Shown: piece by piece, positions 51,422-60,000 of the stretch | Layout: every line of letters begins with the position of its first letter | Numbering within the stretch: the first letter of the stretch is position 1 | Source: Felis catus | Taxonomy: Eukaryota | DNA: 60,000 nt | NCBI RefSeq assembly: GCF_018350175.1 | Contig: NC_058368.1 | Location: 60,762,001-60,822,000 of the forward strand | Reading direction: 5' to 3' | Program-made: the position numbers and the translations under genes | The notes under the pieces: model-generated | Databases searched by the model: none | Seen by the model: the letters and a program-made list of their open reading frames with translations, nothing else | What the model was told of the DNA's origin: nothing

Positions 51422-51454
51422 ATCCGACAGTGATATTCAACAAAGAACACTGTC

Positions 51455-51674
51455 TTTTTTAAAAATATTTTTTTATTTTTATTTTTCAGAGAGAGAGAGA
51501 AGAGAGAGAGAATGTGAGCAGGGAAAAGGGGCAGAGGAGACAGAGAGAGAATCTTAAGCAGGCTCCATGTGCAGCATGGAGCCCATTGTGGGGCTTGGTC
51601 CCATTACCCTGGGATCATGACTTGAGTGGAAATCAAGAGTCGGATGCTCAACTGACTGAGCCACCCAGGAGCCC
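51455..51674 (-). mobile_element. Can-SINE
   Basis: Antisense, with agaacactgtctt target-site duplication. Confidence 0.95.
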
Positions 51675-52309
51675 CTACAGAACACTGTCTTAACCTTGGT
51701 TCTGGCAGGAAGTCAAAAGTAGTAGTCCATAAGAATTCATGGCAAAAGGATAGTTAACATCTGGATTTCAGGTTTGACTATATAGTATTTGCAATGAAAA
51801 AAAGCTGAAGTCATAAAAAAAACTGAATAAAAGAAAAAAAAACAACAACTGAAAGTCAAATATTTTAATTTAACAGAGATCTGGGTATGCTATCAACTAA
51901 AGCACCTGACAAAAAGACACTGAAATCATTCTTAGGGAAAAACCATCCTCAATTAGATATTAAGCATATACACAGACAGCTTTCCAAAAACCATGAGATC
52001 AGAAATAGACATACAACAAGTAAAAAATACAAGAAAAGTATTCATAAGTGAGAATCGGTAGGAAAATAAGTAATAGAACCACACCTGCAAAGATCACAGA
52101 TATCTGAATTATTGGAAATAGAATATAAATAATGATGTATAGTAATAATAAGTTTAAAGAAATAAAGAGGTGAAACAAATGTGAAAGGATCAAAATACAT
52201 GATTAGAATTAGCAGCCGATTTGAAAGGGAACTAAGTCAAAATTTTCAAATATTAACTATACACTTGAGTGGAAAGGTCATACCCTTAATTTTACCTTTG
52301 CCTTGGGTT

Positions 52310-53145
52310 GTGTCAAAGTGAAACAAAGCCCAGTACTAGTGTAGGTTGGTAGGGTAGGTTTTATTCACTATTGGAATAGCAGAGACTTTCATGTACCCCA
52401 AACTCAACTCACTAGAACTAAAGATAAGAGGTCTTTTAAACACTCAAGTATGCTAAAGGGAGAGTACTGAAAGACTAGTGCCCTAATAAAAGGGACCACA
52501 AAGTTACCTTGTTCTCTTTCCACTATACGAGGATACAGTATGACTGCTACCTAGAAACCAGGAAGAGCGTTCGCACAAGGCAGTAAATCTGCTCGTGCCT
52601 TGATCATGGACTTTCTAGCCTTCAGAACTGTGAACAATAAATTTCTGTTGTCTATAAGCCACCCAGTCTATGATCTTTTGTTATAGCAGCCCAAAGTGAC
52701 TTAGACTGGGCAGTCTATGTCTGTTAACCAGTGCTTACAGAAGTTAGATTGCCACTCTAGCACAAAGACTGGGAGAAAGGGGTTCTAGCTTTCTTGATGT
52801 TTACATTTTAAAGGAATGGCCCCTGAGTCATTGAGAAAGATATTCCCGGGTTGTAGAAGATACATCCACAGCTCAAAGGGACTAAGAAAGGATTTACAGT
52901 TGTAAGCTTTCCACAGTAAATGCTCTCAGAAAAGGGAGATCAGAAGCCTGTCATCAGATTTTAACTGGAATAAACCTTAAATGATTTGGACATTTGAGCT
53001 TTCCCAGGTAGAAACTTAAGGGGGGACTGGGCCATCCCAACAATGTGGTTGTAGGCTGCCAGAAGCCATGCTAGAGTTTAGTCAAGTGTCTTAGTGCAGA
53101 TATTTGGATAGAGTCACTGGTATTGAGAGATGTGAAGTTCTCAGT
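52310..53145. mobile_element. ERV-type LTR containing an MLT1 fragment (about 52480-52706)
   Basis: MLT1 text gccttgatcatggactttctagccttcagaactgtga.caataaa embedded in LTR-like sequence. Confidence 0.6.
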
Positions 53146-54217
53146 TGATTCCTATTTTCTGAGGTTTAAATTCCCTGGTTAAGCTAAAGATTGAGAACAA
53201 GAAAGTAAGACTCTAGTTCTACCTTTACCGAATTCCTTTTATCTTATAGGTGCAAGACAAGTTGTCTGAAAAACAAAGTTTTTAATTTTATAGGTGGCTA
53301 CGTATGAAATGAAAATTAGTTCATAATTTTTTCCAGGACTCTTATATCAAATATACAGCATTGTTTAGGAAAGAAGCCAAAGATCTGAAAAGGAGACATT
53401 TGGGTGTTTGTCAATAATTATGAGTATGTTGAATACTCAAATCCTACTGAGATTCCTTTCCTTCATGAATGCAGCCCTCCTTCCACATTCTGAGGTGTGG
53501 CATAGTACATTGATGAGGCCAGTTAATGGTCTTTCTGTAGTCAAATACTTTTTCTTTTCAACTTACAATCCACTTCCACCATGACTCTGGTATTGGCCAT
53601 GTGACTTGGTTTGGGAAACAGAATATTAGCAAACTCGATGCAATCAGGAAGATAGAAAAGACCTCGCTTATTCTTGTGTAGTGGATTGGTAATGATTTCA
53701 AACGTACATGTTTATGCCAAAAATTAAGTCATTTTGAAGACCAAAGTTGTTTTTATAATTAAAGTTGTTCTGGTATAAGAATAAAGTTATTGTTTCTGGA
53801 TGTTGTCATTCATCATCTCTAGTTTCAGCTCATGGTTAAGCCATCTTTCCTGAGTACCAACTAGTGTAAAGGTACACCTCAACTAAATTTTGACTGTATT
53901 CCTTTCATCTCCCTTTACCTGGGGCAATAGTGTGATTAATCTATCATTGGTTCTGAGTATGTTAATTCTTTCTTTATTGGCTTATTAAGAGATGTTATAT
54001 TGTATACAATTGGCTTGTGAATTTCCCACAGTAAATCTGTGTTAAATAAATTGTGGCAAAGACTAAGAGTCTCTTAGCATAATCTGCATTGACACAGAAC
54101 ACTTACTTCTGCCTGTTCTCTTGTTCCCCTGCATCTTCCATGAGAATATGTCTAGACTAGTTTTTATAAAGAAGGACCAGGTGAAGCAGAGCTAAATTGT
54201 CTTAGTCAAGACCATCT

Positions 54218-54940
54218 TGTGATTTTTGTAGTAAGAAATATGTCTTTGGTCTTCCTCTTGTTTTTGGCACAGACCTTGGAATTTCCTAATTGAGAAGGAG
54301 AAGCATAAATATGTCTTTTGTTATGTTAAGGAGATGATTTCACCTAAGTTTCCAGGGTGGGTTGCCAGAAGAGCCAACCATGTGTTAGAAGGCTGGAACT
54401 TCCAGTCCAGCCCCTGACATTGGGAAGGGAGGCTGAATCAGTTATCTATGGCCAGTGACTTAATCAACCTTGCCTATAACATGAAACCTCCATTAAAAAC
54501 CCAAAAGGATAGGGTTTGGAGACCTTCCAAATTGGTGAATATGTGGAGATTCGGGGAGACTAGCATGCCTGGAGCAAGCATGGAAATTTGTGCCCATTCC
54601 CCATACTTTTATCTCTGTATTTCCTTGATCTGGCTTTTCCTGAGTTATACCCTTTTATAATGAACCAGCAATCCAGTAAGTAAACTGTTTCTCTGACTTC
54701 TGTGAGCTGCTCTAGCAAACTAATTGAACCTAGGGCAGGGGTTGTTGGAACCTCCCATCTATAACCAGTTGGTCAGAAGCACAGATAATAACTGGACTTG
54801 CAATAGCACCTGGAATGGGGGGTGGTGGCAGGGCAGTCTGATAGAACTTAGCGTATAACCTGTGGAATCTGATGCTATCCCCAGGTGGTGTCAGAACTGA
54901 GTTACTTGGTGGCATGCGGGAACCTCCCACTGGAACTGGA
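54218..54940 (+). mobile_element. MER21-like LTR
   Basis: ggttgccagaagagccaaccatgtgttagaagg; agtaagtaaactgtttctctga.ttctgtgagc.gctctagcaaa; ccagttggtcagaagcacag. Confidence 0.85.
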
Positions 54941-55944
54941 TATAGAATACCATATTTACCATGTAAGCTGTTATCTCTCAGCCTATGTGCAACTAAGACA
55001 CAAGAACAAGTCCAAATTAGGCTATGGTTACTGTACAAAACTGCTCATGGTTGTCCCACTGACAAAGCAGCTAGAATATGTGTAATAAGCACACTGATAT
55101 AAAATTTGAGACATAATCCTGGCAGCATATTCATAAAAATGTCTTCTCCCTGAGTTAATCAAGAGACATAGCTAAGTGATATCATGCAGGTTAAATGCTA
55201 TGTCAAAGATAACACACTTAGTTTGCTTCATACACATTTTAGGTACTAAAAACAATTAACAAAACATAAATCCCCTATTTATCTTTTCCCTTTTCCTTAT
55301 CTGTTTCTTTCATCCTTTCTTTCCTTCCTTCCTTCTCTACTTTCTTTTTTTCTTGCCTTCCAATTAACATACTTTGGCATCAGCAGTCTAAAAAATTCCT
55401 TTAAACTGAGACCATAAAATCATGGTTGGAATCAACTCTATTTTATATTTCATACAAACTCTTCCTTGGTGTTATGCTTATATTTAGAAAAATAATCAAT
55501 GAGTATATTTAAATTGTGAAAAGGAAAAAAAGTGCTTCTACACATAAAAATACTTTAGATAAATTATTAATGAATTTTCAAATAACCAATCACTTATAGG
55601 AGACAATAATTAACACCAAAAATAGATACATTTTAGGGTCATTTTCATTTAATTAAATTGTCACTGAATATAAAGAACAATTACCATAAAATCAGGTAAA
55701 AACCTACATTTTATTGTTCAATATGACAATATATTTGCATAAGCAAGCAAGAATGTAAGAAAGAAGTTATTTAGGTCTTCCTATTTTGATTTACATTTGA
55801 GAAAACTGAGCCGAACTGGTACGCTGAGAAAGAGGTGATTGTCTTCACCTATTTTTTCTTATAAAATATTACTCTTATCCTACACACTCAAATATTATAT
55901 TTAATAACTTTAAGGCAAAAATAAAGCTGGTCTTTTGCTAATAC

Positions 55945-56142
55945 TTTTTTTTTTTTTTGAGAGAGAAAGAGAGGAGCCAGATCATGAGCAGGGGTGGGGC
56001 AGAGAGAGAGGGAGACACAGAATCTGAAGCAGGCTCCAGGCTCTGAGCTGTCAGGGCTCAATGCAGGGCTCAAACCAATGGTCCGTGAGATCAAGACCTG
56101 AGCCTAAATCAAACGCTAAACAGGCTGAGCCACCCAGAAGCC
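55945..56142 (-). mobile_element. Can-SINE
   Basis: Antisense body. Confidence 0.93.
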
Positions 56143-56159
56143 TCTTTTACTAAGTTTTT

Positions 56160-56585
56160 AAATTTTAATTCCACAATAATTAATATACTGTACTGTATTA
56201 GTTTCCGGTATACAATATAGATTCAAGAATTCTATATATTACTCAGTGTTCATCATGCTAAGTGTACTCTTTAATCCCCAAGACTTAATCTCACCCATTC
56301 TGCCACCTACTTCCCCTCTAGTAGCCATCAGTTAGTTCCTATAGTTAAGAGTCGACTTATTGATTTATCTCCCTCTCTTTTTTCCCCCTTCTGTTCGTTT
56401 TGTTTAGAAATTCCACATATGAGTGAGATCATATTGTTTTGTCTTTCTCTGACTGATTTATTTCACTTAGCATTATACTCTCTAGTTCTATGCATGTTGT
56501 TGCAAATGGCAAGATTTCATTATTTTTTATGGCTTTTTAATATTCCATTGAATACATATACCACTTCTTCCTTATCTATCCACTG
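56160..56585 (-). mobile_element. Carnivore L1 3' end
   Basis: attccacatatgagtga..tctgactgatttatttcacttagcatt..gttgcaaatggcaagatttc. Confidence 0.88.
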
Positions 56586-57546
56586 GGTTATTTTACATAC
56601 ACACACAAAATAATATAATACATACATATATAATGACATATATACACACAGAATATACTATTACTTGGGAAGAGGGTGCTATTAGACATTCCATTTAATT
56701 ATAAATTATTCTCATAATATATAATTTTTATCCTAAAATATATTCTATAAATGCCACTTTTAATATAAAAAATCCTTTTGAGATAAAGGGCAACTCCTTT
56801 TCCAGTTACCCCCAGTGCCATGCCCCTGCTACTCAGAATGGCAGAAACAGAAAATGATGAATCTGAAAAGATTATGATTACTTTTTTCAATTTACACTTT
56901 CCTTTATAGTTAGAATGAAGATATGCTCTATAGAAACATAGAAAATGCTATTTCTTAGATTGTTTCTGAGGATACAGACTCTGGAGACATAGCCTCCATG
57001 AAATTCTGTTCTGGAAAGAAGAAGTAATTCGCTAACTATATCCCCACTAGTCAAAGGATACATGAGGTTTCCTACAGCACTTTTTACTTTTGGTGCTTAA
57101 GAGAAAATATTTAACAACTGCAATACAACAGGAACTGTGCTAGGTCCTGAAATTGTAAAGATGAAATACACAAAATGTTCTCTCTGCAGGAGGTCAAGGC
57201 CTGGGGAGGGAGACAGACAAGCACTCATAGTTACAATGGATGAAGATACAGATTATATTTGAAAAACTCAACATACTCTAAAGAAACTCTTTCCACCGCT
57301 AGAGATCTTACTAAAGCAATTAGGAACCTGGAATTGAAAGAGATAGAAGGCAAGGTAACATACACTCTTGTTCCATTCCCCAAGATGGAAGCTGAACTTA
57401 GGCACCTACAATGTGAAGTTGGACGAGGGAAATGACCTAAAATGCTGTCATCATCTTTATGTAAATATTTTTACTTCTCCATAGAGAACGCAAAGAACTA
57501 CCAAGTGTCTAGAAGTAGAATTCTCTTTAAAATTATCTACAGTATT

Positions 57547-57808
57547 GGGGCGCCTGGGTGGCTCAGTCGGTTGAGCGTCCGACTTTGGCTCAGGTCATGA
57601 TCTCACAGTTTGCGGGTTCGAGCCCCGCGTCAGGCTCTGTGCTGACCGCTTGCTCAGAGCCTGGAGCCTGCTTCAGATTCTGTGTCTCCTTCTCTCTCTG
57701 CCCCTCCCCTGCTCACGCTTTGTCTCACTCTGTTTCTCAAAAATAAATAAATGTAAAAAAATCAAAATAAAATAAAATAAAATAAAATAAAATAAAATAA
57801 AATAAAAT
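57547..57808 (+). mobile_element. Can-SINE with (TAAAA)n tail
   Basis: CpG-rich head, with tatctacagta duplication. Confidence 0.95.
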
Positions 57809-57929
57809 ATCTACAGTACTTAGCGTGTGTGTGTCAAATAGAAACACAAAAATAATAACATAAATTGTAAAGTTTATTTCAAAAGAAACACCATTCAGTG
57901 GTTTAGTGATACAATGCAAAGCTGTTTCA

Positions 57930-58075
57930 CAGAATCATCCAGCTGGAAGAGGAGAAATATGAACACTGAATTTAACCATTTCATATATTACTAAGAAACA
58001 GAAACTTGAGAAATGTATAATTTGCTCAAGGTCAAGCAGAGTCCTCTTGGTTCTTAGTTCAATTCATCCATTATA
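57930..58075 (-). mobile_element. MIR relic
   Basis: gaaacttgaga...tttgctcaaggtcaagcag. Confidence 0.55.
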
Positions 58076-58839
58076 GGACGTTAATGGAAACACAGAGGTA
58101 GACAAGAAATAATCTAATTGCATCTGGAGATAAAAAAAAATAAGCAAATATTTCTCAGAAGTCTTATTTGGTCTGTAATTTTACTGCCTTCTCCATTATG
58201 CTTCAGAGAATCTGACACAGAAGCTTTGAAAGTGGTGAGTTCTGAACACAAAAATAGAATGTCTATGGTTTTATTCATATTTAGGAGCAGCAGTTTGAAG
58301 GAAGTGAAGCTGCAGCTGTACTTTTCCACGTTACTTAGCAACTGGTATGAGTCAAGAAAAATCACTGAGACTCACAGGCACTGGTGAGAGCATGACAAAT
58401 GATACTGGGGAAAAAAAATCCTATGAGGTCAATCTACCCATAGACTATCAACATGCTATTAAAAAAATAAAATAGGGGTCATTCCTACATTAATGATGTA
58501 AATTGAATTTTAAAGACTGACAGTGACTGCACAGGGAGCCTCCCACAGCACCTGGCACAGTGCCTGTCAGATAGATTCTCTCGTCAGATTTATTGAACTG
58601 AATTGTTAGGCAAATATTTCTGGCCTGAACCACTGCTTTAGTTTATGGAAGATGAAAAGAAGTTTGCATCTTTGCATTGACATATTTGGGGGAAAATTTA
58701 TTCTAGGGAAGAGACAAGCTTAGGGTCCCCCTACCCCTCCACCATCTTAACTCCTCCCTGGGGGGAAATTTATTAATGGCATGTTTATGATTTACCAAAA
58801 TGAAAAACAGGAAAAAATTGTGAGGCGTTTAAAATTTCT

Positions 58840-59075
58840 GGGGCACCTGGGTGGCTCAGTTGGTTGATGTCTGAATCTTGATCTCGGCTCAGGTCAAGAT
58901 CTCATGGTTCATGAGATTGAGCCCTGTGTCAGGTTCCACACTAACAGCATGGAGCCTTCTCTGGATTCTCTCTCCCTCTCTCTCTGCCCTTCCCCAACTC
59001 ACAGGTGCATGCTCTCTCTTTTTCTTTCTCTCCCTCTCTCTCAAAATAAGTAAATAAACATTAAATTTAAAAAAA
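58840..59075 (+). mobile_element. Can-SINE
   Basis: ggggcacctgggtggctcag head and CT tract. Confidence 0.94.
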
Positions 59076-59559
59076 GAAACCTCTCTAAATCACCATATCT
59101 GAATATGCACAAGTAAAGTATGTAAGACTTTTAGGTAAGAAAAAAACAGAGGCTAAAAAAATGAGATATTATGTAAAATGAATCAGTTAAAGAAACTATA
59201 AGAGAATATATAATACTGTATGAGTTATTTGATATTTACAAAAGTATTTTGCCTTTAAGAAATGTTCCCTAAAATCACAAGTGAAGAAAGTATATCCAAA
59301 TAGAACACTATAGTATTTAAGACTTGAGAGTAATACTGATTACATGAAAAAATGCATATTATAAAATAGTTTAAAACCTGAGAAAGAATATTTAACAGGA
59401 AAATTTGAAGGAGCCTAATATATATTGAAATCTCTTTATATTTTCGTATATGGTTTACCTGAAACAATAAACTATAAAAATGTAAAGAATATTATTTCAG
59501 TGATCATGGTCTACAAACATTTTAAATCAATACACCTTGTCAATAAAATGATCTAAGCT

Positions 59560-60000
59560 TTTTCTTTCTCCTAATGTAAATCAGATAGACCTGTCCAAAA
59601 TCAATCTCTGAACCATCCACACCCCTCCATCATCATTTCCTTCACCTTAACATAGGCTTCCTGAACTGCAAAACTAGCCTTCTAGTGATATTATTACTTC
59701 CCCAATGTCCCTTTAAACATCTCCACAAGAAGTCAAGAGTGATATTTATAAAATTTATGATATACATATTAGATCAATCACTTCCTTTCAGTTGTTTCAA
59801 ATGTCCTGTAAAAAGCTCCAACTTCATCTCATAAACTACTTACTAAGCTAGTGTTCAGCCTCTTTTTCAATTCCTGTTCTAGAATCCCTCCAGATCTGGC
59901 TATAGGTTTAACATTTCCTTTCACTATTGTTTTTAATTCTTTGGAACATGTGCAGATTTTCCCTAATTTACAAATAGGCTTGCTTCACCTCAGGGCCTTT
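59560..60000 (+). mobile_element. L2 relic
   Basis: ctgtccaaaatcaatctctgaaccatccac..., cagagtga-like block, cctcagggccttt. Confidence 0.6.

Larger units (their letters stand above)
50380..52260 (+). mobile_element. Decayed L1M 5'/ORF1 relics
   Basis: A-rich ORF1-like text (gatccaacatctcaataacagaagtttcagaaagaa). Confidence 0.5.

Noticed and set aside
56810..56862. Exon-like segment on the minus strand (DSSFSVSAILSSRGMALG); similar pseudo-exons near 7070, 11856, 15450 and 42660
   Set aside because: Splice-like ends, but not phase-compatible with the chain or with weak sites. Such segments are expected by chance.
1..60000. tRNA genes, CpG-island promoter, prokaryote-like operon or defence system
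   Set aside because: tRNA-like sequences are SINE heads. There is no CpG island and no dense coding organisation.

Overview
This is AT-rich mammalian genomic DNA. About 27 tRNA-derived Can-SINEs of the cat type (GGGGCGCCTGGGTGGCTCAG... (CT)n ...AATAAA), plus carnivore L1 3' ends, point to a felid. Most of the window is non-coding and probably intronic. It is filled with SINEs, L1/L2/MIR relics, MaLR/ERVL LTRs (MLT1, MLT2, LTR16-like, MER21), a MER82 DNA transposon and microsatellites. Nearly all ORFs in the track are repeat or low-complexity artefacts. By eye I can assemble a tentative set of phase-compatible minus-strand exons (26350-26432, 17934-18025, 5326-5342/5371, 5163-5230, 2971-3087). 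They may be the 3' end of a large-intron protein-coding gene that I cannot name. Other items worth checking are a 79-nt pre-miRNA-sized hairpin (28441-28519), an old ~215-bp direct duplication bracketing a possible RTE-clade reverse-transcriptase relic, a doubled L1 ORF2 segment, nested and inverted SINEs, and a young CpG-rich SINE. I see no convincing evidence of a new multi-component biological system. Repeat family names come from recalled consensus patterns, not database searches, and repeat boundaries are approximate.
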